Assembly (NCBI GenBank): GCA_965215565.1
Contig: CBDCDZ010000004.1
Location: 512,001-576,000, forward strand
From: Trueperaceae bacterium
Lineage (GTDB): Bacteria > Deinococcota > Deinococci > Deinococcales > Trueperaceae
Length of the DNA: 64,000 bases
Reading direction: 5' to 3'
In this document: positions 10,033-20,719 of the stretch, piece by piece
Layout: every line of letters begins with the position of its first letter
Numbering within the stretch: the stretch's first letter is position 1
The notes under the pieces: generated by a model
What the model saw: only the letters and a program-made list of their open reading frames with translations
Told to the model about the DNA's origin: nothing
The model's database searches: none
Made by a program: the position numbers and the translations under genes

Positions 10033-11946
10033 TTAGACCTGCTCGAGATACGTGTACCCCACCAACTCCGTATTATAAGTCTCCAAGAGGTCCTGCGCCT
10101 CTCGCCCACTCATCGTGCCAGCCTCTAACCTTTCGTCCACCTCGTCTTTGAGCCAGCCGTACAGCTCGGACGCCTCGTAGCCCATGTTCTCGATCACGCG
10201 CCGCGCCTTTTGACCGTTGACGAAGCGCTCGAGCACGAATTCACCCTCGTCCGTCACGCGCACGTGCGCCTCGTTGACCCGCCCGAAGAGGTTGTGCGAA
10301 TTGGCGAGCACGTCTTGATACGCCCCGGTCAAGAAGATGCCCAGGTAGTAGGGCTCGCCCCCCCGCAGCGCGTGGAGCGGCAGCGTCGCTTTGACGTCGC
10401 GCAGGTCGATGAACTTGCTGATCTTCCCGTCAGAGTCGCAGCTTATATCCACTAGGGTGGCGTTTCGAGTGGGTTGCTCGTCCAGGCGGCTCAGGGGCGC
10501 GATTGGGAAAAGTGCGTCAATCGCCCAGCTATCGGGCAGGCTCTGGAAGAGGCTGAAGTTGCAGATGTATTTGTCGGCTAGGAGCTTGGGTAAGTCTTCG
10601 AATTCGTCGGGGACGTACTCGAGCCCCTGAATCACCCTGGCGACCTCCGCCAAAATGCGGCTGTGGAGGCTCTCGATGTGCGCCCGTTCCAAAAGGCTCA
10701 AGTAGCCTAAGTCGAAGAGGTTGTGCATGGTGTCTTTGTTGCTCGCCGCCTCAAAGTAGACCTCGCGGTAGTTTTTGAGGGTGATGTCCGCTAACAGCTC
10801 GCGCATGTCCGCGACGAGCGTGTGCGGGGACCCCTCCAACTCGGGTAGGTCGGGGGGCGCTCGGGTGGGACCGATAGCGTCCACGACAGGGAGCACGACG
10901 AGCGCGTGGTGCGCGGTGAGCGCCCGCCCTGACTCGGTGACGAGGTGCGGATGGGGCACGCCCGCATTCTCGCAGACCTCTTGCACGGCGTAGACGATGG
11001 CGTCGGCGTACTCCTGCAGGCTGTAGTTAGCGGAGACGTAAAAGGTGGTTCTCGAGCCGTCGTAGTCCACGGCGAGCCCGCCGCCCACGTTGAGATACTG
11101 AACCGGCACGCCCGCGAGACGAAGTTGCGCGTAGGCCTGCGCCGCCTCGCGCACCGCCACGCGGATTTTGCGGATGTCGGTGAGTTGGCTGCCGACGTGA
11201 GCGTGGAGCATCTCGAGGGTGTGCACGAGCCCGCGCGCCCGGAGCTGCTGCGCCACCTGGACCATCTCGGCGGCGGAGAGCCCAAACTTGGCGCTGTCGC
11301 CACCCGAGTCCGCCCACTTGCCCGAGCCTTTCGCGTGGAGCTTGAAGCGCAACCCTAGCGCGGGCTCCACCCCTAGCTCCTCGCTGATGCGCAAGACCCG
11401 CGCTAACTCGGTATATTTTTCCAGGGTGATGACGACGTTCTTGCCGAGTTGCCGTCCGCGCAGCGCCAGGCGGATGAAGTCGTCGTCCTTGAAGCCGTTA
11501 CAGCAGAGCAGCGCGTCAGGGTGGAGGTCTTGCGCTAGACAGATGGCGAGTTCAGCCTTGCTGCCCGCTTCTAGGCCCGTGCGGTAGCGCGCGCCGTACT
11601 CGGCAATCGCCTCGACGACGACGCGGCGCTGATTGACCTTGATAGGAAAGACGCCCCTGTAGCGTCCGCCGTAGCCGGCTTCGCGAATCGAGGCGCTAAA
11701 CGCGCCATTCAGCCGCTCCAAGCGGTGCTCTAAAATCTGCGGAAAGCGCAGCACGGCGGGCAGCGCGTGCCCCTCGCTCTGGAGGTGCTGCACGATGTCG
11801 CTCAGCGCGGCGCTCCCGTTTTCGGCGTAGGGCGACACGCGCATCTGTCCATCTTCGGAGACGCGAAAGTAGCCCCCGCTCCAGGTGGCTACCCCGTACA
11901 ACTCGGCGGCGTCGGCAGCAGAGAAACGGTGTGCAATTAAACTCAA
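10033..11946 (-). CDS. speA: Biosynthetic arginine decarboxylase
   Basis: FPIKVNQ (PLP Lys), EAGSKAE, HVGSQ, GGGLAVDYDG, NFSLFQSLPD and DISCDSDG motifs. Likely TTG start at 11946 after AAGGAG; the ORF track starts at 11973. Confidence 0.95.
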   Translation of the reverse strand: MSLIAHRFSAADAAELYGVATWSGGYFRVSEDGQMRVSPYAENGSAALSDIVQHLQSEGHALPAVLRFPQILEHRLERLNGAFSASIREAGYGGRYRGVFPIKVNQRRVVVEAIAEYGARYRTGLEAGSKAELAICLAQDLHPDALLCCNGFKDDDFIRLALRGRQLGKNVVITLEKYTELARVLRISEELGVEPALGLRFKLHAKGSGKWADSGGDSAKFGLSAAEMVQVAQQLRARGLVHTLEMLHAHVGSQLTDIRKIRVAVREAAQAYAQLRLAGVPVQYLNVGGGLAVDYDGSRTTFYVSANYSLQEYADAIVYAVQEVCENAGVPHPHLVTESGRALTAHHALVVLPVVDAIGPTRAPPDLPELEGSPHTLVADMRELLADITLKNYREVYFEAASNKDTMHNLFDLGYLSLLERAHIESLHSRILAEVARVIQGLEYVPDEFEDLPKLLADKYICNFSLFQSLPDSWAIDALFPIAPLSRLDEQPTRNATLVDISCDSDGKISKFIDLRDVKATLPLHALRGGEPYYLGIFLTGAYQDVLANSHNLFGRVNEAHVRVTDEGEFVLERFVNGQKARRVIENMGYEASELYGWLKDEVDERLEAGTMSGREAQDLLETYNTELVGYTYLEQV

Positions 11947-12473
11947 TGAGGTCTCCTTACGCTGAAGTGGCATAGTTTAAGGGTGAAGCGACGTGACCTA
12001 CTCGAACGCCCCACAGGTAGCAGCGCTGACCTAATCGCGTGGCGGTTTCCCTATTTCAGCTTCGGACTGTGAAGCAAAGTCGCGGCGCAAACAGACTAGA
12101 GCGTAGCACTCTCCAGCCTATGTGAATGTGTGGAAGGCGCGCTGGGCTCGAGCACCACTTACCTCTACATAAACGCCCTGCTCAGCCTAGTTGTGTAGTC
12201 TTTAGCTCTGTACACACTGCCCGTCAGAGCGCGCAAACGAGCGCGAGCCAAGGTATGACGCAAGCGGTAAACCGTTCCGAACGACGAACGGCTTTGACTC
12301 AAAACCGATAGAAACAAAGGGTTTAACCTGCGACTATAAAGCAGAATTTACCCCTGCGAACCAAAAACGCACCCGTTACCGAGGAGGCGAATATGCTTGA
12401 CGAAACCGAGAATTTTGCATTTTAGCGTTTCTCCTCAACTCGAAAAGCAACTTTGACGTCTATCGCTCATAAA

Positions 12474-12489
12474 TGTTAGATTTCTCACA
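12474..12489. promoter_or_regulatory. Putative CRP-family (DdrI/SdrP-like) binding site
   Basis: aaaTGTTA-N6-TCACAt, a 9/10 match to TGTGA-N6-TCACA, upstream of the lipoprotein-protease operon. Confidence 0.45.
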
Positions 12490-12701
12490 TCTGCTCTGTC
12501 TCGTGCCAAGATTTTCGCGTAAATTTGGTTTAATGTCAGCGGCGCAAGAGTGAAATATTTCATTTTGGGAGGTACGTCGGGTTCGGCAAGCAAGGGTGTA
12601 TAGGCGGAGCACCGGGGCAGCGCTGAGTGAAAGGCCCCGAGTAAGACGCTTCAGAGACGCACCCCGGTCATTCTTTCACAACGTCTACGAAGGAGAAAAC
12701 C

Positions 12702-14396
12702 ATGAACACCCAACTGAGGGTTGTCCTCGTCGCCCTGCTGTTTTTGCTGGCAGCGTGCACGGAAGTAGGGCAAGAGGACGCGAGGCAGGAGACGCAGCAG
12801 CGGGAGCTAGGTACGGTTTCGGGCTACGTCTCGCTGCGCAAAGCCGGGCAGCCCGTCGAGGGCACCACCGTGAGCGTCGTCGGCAAAAACATCACCACCC
12901 AGACCGATGAGGACGGCTTTTATAGCCTGCTCGCGCCCGAAGGCGTGCGCATCTTGGAGTTCCGCCAGGACGGGTACGCAACCTCGCGAGTCGAGGGTTT
13001 GCGCGTCGAAGCGGGCGAAGAGACCTTTTACGACACGATTCAGCTCGAAATCTTCGATCCCTTTTTGCCCACTGAGCCCCCCGAACTCAACACGAGCGTC
13101 CACAACGGCGACAGCTTTACGGGCAGCGGCGAAGAGGATACCTTCACCTTTTTAGTTGACGGCGAACTCGCTGAGCCTGAGGTCAACGGCTTCACCTTCA
13201 CCTCCGCCGCGCTGGGTCAAAGCCGCGGCAACTCGGGCTACCTCAACCAGTTCGTGCCGGGCGTCTCCTTTGACTTCAACGGCAGCGAGACCGAGGTCAG
13301 CCTCTCGGCGGCAGGCTTCGAGGGCGACACCACCTTGCACATCGTCACCTACGACCTCAACCAGAACCGCACCGAAGTCATCCGCTACGTCGAGGTCTTT
13401 TCGGGCGCGTCCAACCTCGCGGAGCTGACGGACCTCACCGGGCAAGCCATCACCTTTAACGACGTCGCCGTGTTCGGCGCGCTGGGCGTCGACTCGGGAG
13501 AGGGTGCGCAGGGCAGGGTAGCGTTCACGACGGCAGAATTCATGGAAGCCGTGCGAGCGAACGATACCGAAGCGTTAGGACGCATGGCGCAGAGCTTCAC
13601 CCGGGGCGAGCTAGGCACGCAGGACTTCTTGGACGAGTACATCATCTGGGTTGACCTCTTCTTCAGTTACGACTTCACGGCGGGCGCGGACTTGCCCACC
13701 GCCTTTCAGATATACCGGCAGTTAGAGGGCGAGGACGACTTCCGCCTCATCGGTCAGGTGAGCCCGGCGCAAGCGGACTTAGACCCCGATGACCTGCAGA
13801 GCACCGCGTTCGGCTACCGCGACGCGACGCCCGCCCTGCAGCCTGGTCTGGACGCGACGTACCGCGTTGTCGCGGTGCGCGGCGAGAACGAAGTCCAAAC
13901 CGATACCTTTAGCGTCACGCCCCTAGAAGCCTTTTTCGTCGACGCCGATTCGCCCGAAAACGGCGCGACGGGCGTGCCTCTATTGCCCGAATTTGAGATC
14001 ACCTTCCGCGAACGCAGCAACTTGGTCTACTACGGCGCATTGGTGCTCGACCGCGTCCACGCCGACGACAACTTCCAGGAGTGGCTCGCCGCGTTCTTGG
14101 TGGATAACTCGGGCATCACGAGCGCGTCGATTCCGCACAACTTCAACGGCACTGCCACAACCGAGACGCTGCAACCCTTCCACACCTATGACTGGCAGCC
14201 TATCGCCATTACGACGAACGGCGAGTTGACTGACGACGGCGTCGTAGACGAAACGGCTATTTCAGTCGCGGCTGACTTCTTCGACCTCTTCGGCGTCGGC
14301 TTCGGCGTCGAAGACGGTCCGGTCAACACCTTTACAACGGGCGACGGTAGTGATGACGACAGTGACGACGACGCGGACCGCGCAGAAAGCAACTAG
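12702..14396 (+). CDS. Acidic lipoprotein with carboxypeptidase-regulatory-like and Fn3/Ig-like domains
   Basis: Lipobox LAAC, PVEGTTVSV...TDEDGFYSL...GY prealbumin-like motif, and AAGGAG RBS. Confidence 0.75.
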   Translation: MNTQLRVVLVALLFLLAACTEVGQEDARQETQQRELGTVSGYVSLRKAGQPVEGTTVSVVGKNITTQTDEDGFYSLLAPEGVRILEFRQDGYATSRVEGLRVEAGEETFYDTIQLEIFDPFLPTEPPELNTSVHNGDSFTGSGEEDTFTFLVDGELAEPEVNGFTFTSAALGQSRGNSGYLNQFVPGVSFDFNGSETEVSLSAAGFEGDTTLHIVTYDLNQNRTEVIRYVEVFSGASNLAELTDLTGQAITFNDVAVFGALGVDSGEGAQGRVAFTTAEFMEAVRANDTEALGRMAQSFTRGELGTQDFLDEYIIWVDLFFSYDFTAGADLPTAFQIYRQLEGEDDFRLIGQVSPAQADLDPDDLQSTAFGYRDATPALQPGLDATYRVVAVRGENEVQTDTFSVTPLEAFFVDADSPENGATGVPLLPEFEITFRERSNLVYYGALVLDRVHADDNFQEWLAAFLVDNSGITSASIPHNFNGTATTETLQPFHTYDWQPIAITTNGELTDDGVVDETAISVAADFFDLFGVGFGVEDGPVNTFTTGDGSDDDSDDDADRAESN

Positions 14397-14407
14397 GAGG
14401 ACGCTCA

Positions 14408-16984
14408 ATGACTTTACGTACCATAACGCTACTGCTCCTAACGCTCGCGCTCGCCGCGTGTAGCACGGACCTCGCGACACCTGACGCTCAGCCAGGTAAG
14501 AGCCAACCCAACAAACCCGACGTAAGCGTCGACAAAAGCAAAGACCTCGTCGAGGGTCAGCTCATCATCGGCTATCAAGAGGGCGTCGACCCGGCAGACT
14601 TGGCCGCGAAACTTGGCGCAAGCGTGCTGACCGACTGGACGCAGCTCAACGCGGCGCTTTTAGAGCTGCCCGCAGACCTTAGCGTCGCCAAAGCCGAGGC
14701 GAGCGCGGCGCGCCTCAAAGGTTTGCGCTACGCGCAACCGAACCGCGTCGTTTTCCAGGAGCCTATGCGCGGTGATGAGGTGAGCGCGGCGGACCTTAGC
14801 GCGCAACAACTCGACATCGAAGACCCCGAATACGACAAACAGTGGATGCACCGCCAGATGGATTCGGAGGGCGCGTGGGCAGAGGGCGTCAGCGGCGCGG
14901 GCGTGCGCATCGGCGTCCATGACGAGTTCATCGACCACCGTCACCCCGACTTGGTAGACAACATGTTCTACCCCGGCTACGACGGCTTTTCGAACACGCT
15001 CATCCAGCCGGACACGCCCTTTGACGGCATCGGCGAGCACGGCACCTGGGTGGCGGGCACGGCGGCGGGCGTCGCCAACGAGTTGGGCGGGCGCGGCACC
15101 GCGTATGGCGCGAGCATCGTTCCCTTGGCCATCAACGACCCTGAAAGCGGCGGGCTGCTGCTCAACGCTATTATCAACGCGGCAATTTTTGCCGCCATCG
15201 GTCCCGACGGCGACTTGGGCGGCGACGACCGCGCGCCCGGTACGGACGCCGACACCGGACCCTACGTGCACATCGTCAACATGTCGTGGGGCAGCGCGGG
15301 CTACGACCAGATCGTCAAGGACACGATGGACTTCATGCTCTCTTCGGGCATCGTGCTCGTGACCTCGGCGGGCAACACGCCGACGGAAGGCTTCGCCGAA
15401 CCTGCCTGGCACCCTGGGCTCATCAGCGTCGCGGCGACGCTGCCCACCGACAGGCGCACCGACTTCTCCAACCGGGGTCTGCACTTAGACGTGGCTGCGC
15501 CCGGCGAAAACATCTGGACCACCGCCTCACGCGACTGCGCGCTCGCCACACCGGACTTCTCCTCATGCGACCCGGAGAGCCCCGAAGCGAAGTACCAGTT
15601 CGTCAGCGGCACCTCATTCTCGGCACCCGCGACGGCGGGCACCGCCGCGCTCATTTTAGAGGCGAGCGCCGAGCGTGACGAGGACGGCAACATCACCGAG
15701 GTCTTAGGCGCGGCGCAAGTACGCAAAATCTTGGAAGAGACCGCCATGAGACCCGCCGGCTACGACTTCAACAACTTAGGTTTTGGCATCGTGAACTCCG
15801 AAGCTGCGGTGAAGCGCGCATTGGAGGTTGGCGAAGGCACGCGCCGCGTCAAAGCGGGCGGCACACTGGTAGTGCGGACCACCCTCGAGGGCGACGAGAG
15901 CGTCAATGTACCTAAAGTTGGCTTAACGCTGATCCCCCTGGGCAGCCAACCCGGACCTACCGAATACACCCAGACCTCCGACGGACGCTTGGTCATCCCT
16001 TCGGGCACCGGACTCTTCCAACAGATCGACTCGGGCGCTTATCTGCTCCAGGCGAGCGGACCCCACACCGCTACCACGGGCTTAGCAGCGATTACCGCTG
16101 AGACGCGGGTGGACGTCGCGCCGGGTGAAACCGAAGTCGTCAGCTTCGAACTTGACGTCGAGACCTTTGACGACCCCTTCGAGCCCAACGGCTCGGTAGA
16201 AGAAGCCGCCGAGGTTCCCGAGTTGGGCATCACCGCTAGAGCGAGCCTCTACGATCCCGAAAGCGACACTGACGTGGACGTGTACGCGCTGCAAGTCGAA
16301 GAGGGCACGCCCTACCGCGTAAACCTAGAGACCATCGCGGGCACGTTCGATACCAACTTGCGCGTCCTCGCTGAAGACGGCTCGGTCATCGCCGAGAATG
16401 ACAACAACCAGGATGAAACGCTCGGCACGGACTCGCTCGTAGATTTCACCGCGCCGGAGACGGGCACGGTCTACGTCGAGGTCACAGAAGTGAGCGGCGC
16501 GCAGGGCGCACCGGACACCAACAGCCCCTTCAACCTTTACGACATGGACGCAGCGCCCTTCATCGGCGAAGAGGAGGAGCCTAACGGCAGCGCCTCGGTA
16601 GACGGCACGACCATCGAGAACGTCGACCTCACAGGCGCGCAAGAGGTTCCTTTTGGCAGCGCTTTGGACGCCGAACTCGATGTCGCTTCCGACGTGGATA
16701 TCTTCACCTTCGAGGTGCCAGAGGGCGCGACGATTGTCGCGGACGTCGAGACGCTCTCCTCCGGCGCGCCCGACACCCTCTTAGCGCTCTACGACGCTGA
16801 AGGTCAGCAAGTCGCCTTCAACGACGACTTCACCGGACGCGAGTCCCGCATAACCTACACCTCCGAAGAGGGCGGCACCTACTACGCCGCCGTCACCCCT
16901 TGGGACGCGGTGGACCCCGACAACGCAACGACGGGCGAGTACGGCTTTACCGTCACGAGCTTCCTCAACCCGCCAACCGAGTAA
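14408..16984 (+). CDS. S8 subtilisin-family lipoprotein protease with two C-terminal PPC-like domains
   Basis: Lipobox LAAC and triad motifs IGVHD, HGTWVAG, TSAGN and GTSFSAP. C-terminal DVDVY...DTNLRV...ENDN and DVDIF...DTLLAL...FNDD repeats. Confidence 0.92.
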   Translation: MTLRTITLLLLTLALAACSTDLATPDAQPGKSQPNKPDVSVDKSKDLVEGQLIIGYQEGVDPADLAAKLGASVLTDWTQLNAALLELPADLSVAKAEASAARLKGLRYAQPNRVVFQEPMRGDEVSAADLSAQQLDIEDPEYDKQWMHRQMDSEGAWAEGVSGAGVRIGVHDEFIDHRHPDLVDNMFYPGYDGFSNTLIQPDTPFDGIGEHGTWVAGTAAGVANELGGRGTAYGASIVPLAINDPESGGLLLNAIINAAIFAAIGPDGDLGGDDRAPGTDADTGPYVHIVNMSWGSAGYDQIVKDTMDFMLSSGIVLVTSAGNTPTEGFAEPAWHPGLISVAATLPTDRRTDFSNRGLHLDVAAPGENIWTTASRDCALATPDFSSCDPESPEAKYQFVSGTSFSAPATAGTAALILEASAERDEDGNITEVLGAAQVRKILEETAMRPAGYDFNNLGFGIVNSEAAVKRALEVGEGTRRVKAGGTLVVRTTLEGDESVNVPKVGLTLIPLGSQPGPTEYTQTSDGRLVIPSGTGLFQQIDSGAYLLQASGPHTATTGLAAITAETRVDVAPGETEVVSFELDVETFDDPFEPNGSVEEAAEVPELGITARASLYDPESDTDVDVYALQVEEGTPYRVNLETIAGTFDTNLRVLAEDGSVIAENDNNQDETLGTDSLVDFTAPETGTVYVEVTEVSGAQGAPDTNSPFNLYDMDAAPFIGEEEEPNGSASVDGTTIENVDLTGAQEVPFGSALDAELDVASDVDIFTFEVPEGATIVADVETLSSGAPDTLLALYDAEGQQVAFNDDFTGRESRITYTSEEGGTYYAAVTPWDAVDPDNATTGEYGFTVTSFLNPPTE

Positions 16985-17019
16985 TAAAGCGATTCACAGA
17001 AGTACTGAATTGGAATAGC

Positions 17020-17095
17020 GCAAGTATCATTTAAGAATGTGCGTGCTCGTCGATGTTCTCCAGCGTGAGACTGGCTCAAACCAAATGATACTTGC
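17020..17095 (-). repeat. 76-bp intergenic repeat element with 13-bp terminal inverted repeat
   Basis: GCAAGTATCATTT and AAATGATACTTGC. The reverse complement aligns with 3538-3613. Confidence 0.8.
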
Positions 17096-17182
17096 TATAC
17101 AGATTCCGGTTAATTCGGATAGGTGAAACTGAGAGCCTCACCCGTTTGCAGGGTGAGGCTCTTCTTCGTGGGAGCGTCTGGG

Positions 17183-19147
17183 TCAGGACTCGAGCAACAC
17201 CACACCGCACGCCTCGAGTTCACTGCGGCCCGTAAGCGCGGCAAATCCACCCTCGAGCCCGGCGCTGTGCGGATTGAAATTCATGAGGTAGGTTCCCTTA
17301 CCTCGTTTCGTGAGCCGCACCCCTTCAGGGAGCGACGTGAGCGAGAGGTCCGCAGCCTCTAAGATTTGCGTGAAGAGCGTCCGGTGTAGTGCGTCACCTC
17401 CCCACATCCCTAAAACCGTGCACCGCCCCTCCCCTACCTCTTGACGGGTCACGGCGGCAGCGTCCGGGTAGGCGTTTGCCCGGTACGTCGCCAAAACTTC
17501 AGCGGAGGTTGGCGTCAGCACGTCCGCCCAGGTGTGATAGGCGTAGGTTTCGCCGCCGAGTTCAACCTCTTCACGGACGCCGGGCCGCAGCCCGTCCACG
17601 TGGTCGATGCGCACGCCCGTCAGCTTAGAGAGTGGACCCGGCGCAGGAGCGTGGGCGATGTTCGTGCGCGTCTTCGCGCCGCTGCGCGGTCCCAACACGA
17701 GGTGCCCGCCTGCTTTCACGTAGTCCGTTAGATGCTTCGCCAACGTTTCGTCTACGAGATGCAGCGCAGGTGCAAAGACGACTTTGTAACCGTCCAAATC
17801 TTCACTCGGGTGAAGGACGCTGACCTCTAGCCCCGACTCTCTCAGCGTTTTGTAATGGTCGAGCAGGAGCGCCCAGTAGTTCCAGCCCTGCGCGTGCGGC
17901 TGTAAGTGCGTCGCCCAGAGATTTTCGATGTCGAAAAGCAGCGCGACATCCGCCGTGACCTCTTCTGAAGCCACCCACTCTCCCGCAACCTCTTTCGCCA
18001 CCTCTTTTGACTCTGTGCTCGCCCTGTCCGCCCTTCCGTCATGCAAGTTCATGCCCGCGTGCATCAGCTCCTGTGCGCCCCGCGCCGAACGCCACCGGAA
18101 GTACGCCACCACATCCGCCCCGTGCGCAAACGCCTGATGCGACCAGAGCCGCACCGCGCCGGGCATGGGCAAGGGGTTTGAGGGAGCCCAGTTGACCTGT
18201 CCGGGCTGCTGCTCCATGACCCAGAAAGGTTTGCGCTTTGCACCGTAGTAGAGGTCGTGCATCATGGAGGTGAGGTCGGGGTGGGCGGTGCGCATGTAGC
18301 GCGTTTTCACCTCTTCGGGCAGGAAGCTGGTCTCGAGCGTCCCCAGCGGGTAGTTATCCCAGGTCAAAACGTCTAAGTTTTTCGCGAGCTTGTGGTAGTC
18401 GAGGTCAGCGAAGTAGATCATCGCGTTGTGCGTAATCGGCTTGTCCGAAGAGTTACGGATGAGGTCACACTGCACCTTGTCGTAGTCCACTACCGAATCG
18501 GACGAGAAGCGGTAGAAGTCCAAGCTGTGGCTCGGATTGGCTTCGGTCACAGTTAAGTTGGGCAGGTCAACCTCTTCAAAAGAGGTGTACTCCATGCTCC
18601 AGAAGACGTTCCACCAGGCTTCGTTGAGCGTTGCGACGTCGCCATACTTTCGCCCTAACCAGACGCGAAACGCCCGCTCACAGTTCGGGCAGTAGCAGCG
18701 AATCGTGTCGTGACAGCCGTACTCATTATCGGTCTGCCACGCCTGCACCGCCTCATGCTCGCCGTAGCGTTCGGCTAAAAGGGTGACGATGCGCTCAGTT
18801 TCCTGACGGTAAGAGTTCGAGTTGAAGCAGTAGTGGCGGCGCGAGCCAAATTTACGCACTCTCCCCTGCTCGTCTACTTGTAAAACGTCGTCGTACTTGT
18901 CAATAAGCCATTTGGGAGGCGTCGGTGTCGGCGTACCTAAAACTACCTTCAAACCTGTGTTACCGAGAATGTCAATAGAGCGGTCCAGCCAGTCAAGCTC
19001 GAGCCTCCCGTCCTCCGGCTCTATGCGGCTCCACGCGAATTCGCCGATGCGCACCCAGGTGAGCCCTAGCTCTTTCATCCGCTTCGCGTCAGGTTGCCAG
19101 GTGTCTTCGGGCCAATGTTCGGGGTAGTAGCAGGTGCCTAGTGTCAT
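17183..19147 (-). CDS. GH42 beta-galactosidase
   Basis: LGTCYYPEHW, RIGEFAWS, WQTDNEYGCH, WVMEQQPG and YFRWR motifs. Start at ATG 19147 after a TAGACT-N7 -10 box. Confidence 0.95.
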   Translation of the reverse strand: MTLGTCYYPEHWPEDTWQPDAKRMKELGLTWVRIGEFAWSRIEPEDGRLELDWLDRSIDILGNTGLKVVLGTPTPTPPKWLIDKYDDVLQVDEQGRVRKFGSRRHYCFNSNSYRQETERIVTLLAERYGEHEAVQAWQTDNEYGCHDTIRCYCPNCERAFRVWLGRKYGDVATLNEAWWNVFWSMEYTSFEEVDLPNLTVTEANPSHSLDFYRFSSDSVVDYDKVQCDLIRNSSDKPITHNAMIYFADLDYHKLAKNLDVLTWDNYPLGTLETSFLPEEVKTRYMRTAHPDLTSMMHDLYYGAKRKPFWVMEQQPGQVNWAPSNPLPMPGAVRLWSHQAFAHGADVVAYFRWRSARGAQELMHAGMNLHDGRADRASTESKEVAKEVAGEWVASEEVTADVALLFDIENLWATHLQPHAQGWNYWALLLDHYKTLRESGLEVSVLHPSEDLDGYKVVFAPALHLVDETLAKHLTDYVKAGGHLVLGPRSGAKTRTNIAHAPAPGPLSKLTGVRIDHVDGLRPGVREEVELGGETYAYHTWADVLTPTSAEVLATYRANAYPDAAAVTRQEVGEGRCTVLGMWGGDALHRTLFTQILEAADLSLTSLPEGVRLTKRGKGTYLMNFNPHSAGLEGGFAALTGRSELEACGVVLLES

Positions 19148-19282
19148 GAGGTGTAGTCTACGACGGGTGGCTTGAGGGTCAGGGTGTATACCCAAAAAGC
19201 ACTTCAGTCGGTCAGCATCTTAGGAGAAACGGAAGAGGTACAAATCAGCACGCTGCCAAGGTCTGTATATTAAACTGTAACT

Positions 19283-20455
19283 ATGAATACTACCCCCCTC
19301 AGTTGTCAGAAACACCTCTTCTCTTTACCCAAGGACAGCCACTACCTCAACTGCGCGTACATGTCGCCGCTTTCGCATAGGGTCGAGGCGGCAGGATTGG
19401 CGGGCGTACGGCGGAAGTCTGTACCCGCGCAGATTACGCCGGCGGACTTCTTCAGGGAGGGTCACAAGGCGAGAGACCTCTTTGCGCAACTCGTCAACGC
19501 CTCACCGGAGCACATCGCCCTTGTCCCCTCCGTTTCTTACGGGATGGCGACAGTGGCGAAGAATTTGCAGATCGAAAGAGGTCCCCGTGCGAAAAACCGT
19601 ATCGTCACCTCGGCGGAGCAGTTCCCCAGCAACATGTACGTGTGGCGGCGGCTGCGGGACGCGGGAGCAGATTTACAGGTTGTGTCAGCGCCGGAAGGAA
19701 CACCGCGTTATCAAGGGTGGAATGAGGCGCTTTTAGAGGCGATTGATGAAACCACGACGCTCGTCGCCTTGCCTCACGTGCACTGGGCGGACGGGACGCG
19801 CTTCGACTTGGAGGCGATTGGGGCGAAGGCAAGGGAGGTCGGCGCAGCCCTCATTATCGACGGCACGCAGTCGCTCGGCGCGCTTCCCTTTGACGTGGCA
19901 AAACTGCAACCCGACGCGCTCATCGCCGGGTCGTACAAAACGCTGATGGGTCCGTATGGGCTCGGTTTCGCATATTACGGTGAGCAGTTTTTGGACGGGA
20001 CACCTTTAGAAGAGACCTGGATAGCCAGGCGCGGCAGCGAAGATTTCAGCCGCTTGGTGGACTATCAGGACGAGTACGCGGACGGCGCGGTGCGCTTCGA
20101 CGTGGGCGAGCGCAGCAATCCTATCCTTTTACCGATGCTCGTGGCTGCCTTAGAAGAATTGTTAGAACGTCGCCCTGAGCGGGTTCAGGCGTACTGCGCA
20201 GACCTCTTCCGTGAGCCGATTAGGGCGCTCTGCTCGCACGGCTACCGCGTGGAGGACGAAGCGAGTTCATCACGGCATCTCTTCGGGGTGAGGTTGCCGC
20301 AAGAGGTTGACTTAGAGACTTTGCGCACGGCTTTAGAGGCGCGTCACATTTACGTCTCCGTGCGCGGCGACGCGGTGCGGGTTGCGCCGAACGTCTATAA
20401 CGACGAAGCGGACGCGGCGGCGCTCGTGGAGGTATTGACGGAGGTTATCGGCTAA
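19283..20455 (+). CDS. Class V PLP-dependent aminotransferase (cysteine desulfurase/lyase-like)
   Basis: YLNCAYMSP, EQFPSN, IDGTQSLG and GSYKTLMGPYG motifs. Confidence 0.88.
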   Translation: MNTTPLSCQKHLFSLPKDSHYLNCAYMSPLSHRVEAAGLAGVRRKSVPAQITPADFFREGHKARDLFAQLVNASPEHIALVPSVSYGMATVAKNLQIERGPRAKNRIVTSAEQFPSNMYVWRRLRDAGADLQVVSAPEGTPRYQGWNEALLEAIDETTTLVALPHVHWADGTRFDLEAIGAKAREVGAALIIDGTQSLGALPFDVAKLQPDALIAGSYKTLMGPYGLGFAYYGEQFLDGTPLEETWIARRGSEDFSRLVDYQDEYADGAVRFDVGERSNPILLPMLVAALEELLERRPERVQAYCADLFREPIRALCSHGYRVEDEASSSRHLFGVRLPQEVDLETLRTALEARHIYVSVRGDAVRVAPNVYNDEADAAALVEVLTEVIG

Positions 20456-20719
20456 GGTGAGCGTGAAAAGACGGGGAAGTCAGCCGTTCACGGATTCCAA
20501 AGTTGACCCTACGCAGAAGAGGTATAGTCTAAAGCCCAAAGACTGGTTGCTCGAGTACAAGGATGACCCAAGCTAGCTCGAGAAGTCACAACGAGGTCAG
20601 CTTTCGTGTCTTTCACAAAGAACTAATTTTCACTGAAAAGAGCATACTACGCTTCATGAACCCATAAGCTGACAAAACGATGACTGGGGTTCGGTAGCCT
20701 CTCTTTCGGAGGTTACAAA

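Noticed and set aside
12565..12670. Riboswitch in the leader of the lipoprotein-protease operon
   Set aside because: An ACCGGGG/CCCCGGT stem exists, but I could not match conserved cores of c-di-AMP, c-di-GMP or other known classes on the sense strand.
14660..15747. Long antisense and alternate-frame ORFs here and over other genes
   Set aside because: These are shadow ORFs expected from GC-rich codon bias over well-supported genes, with no motifs.
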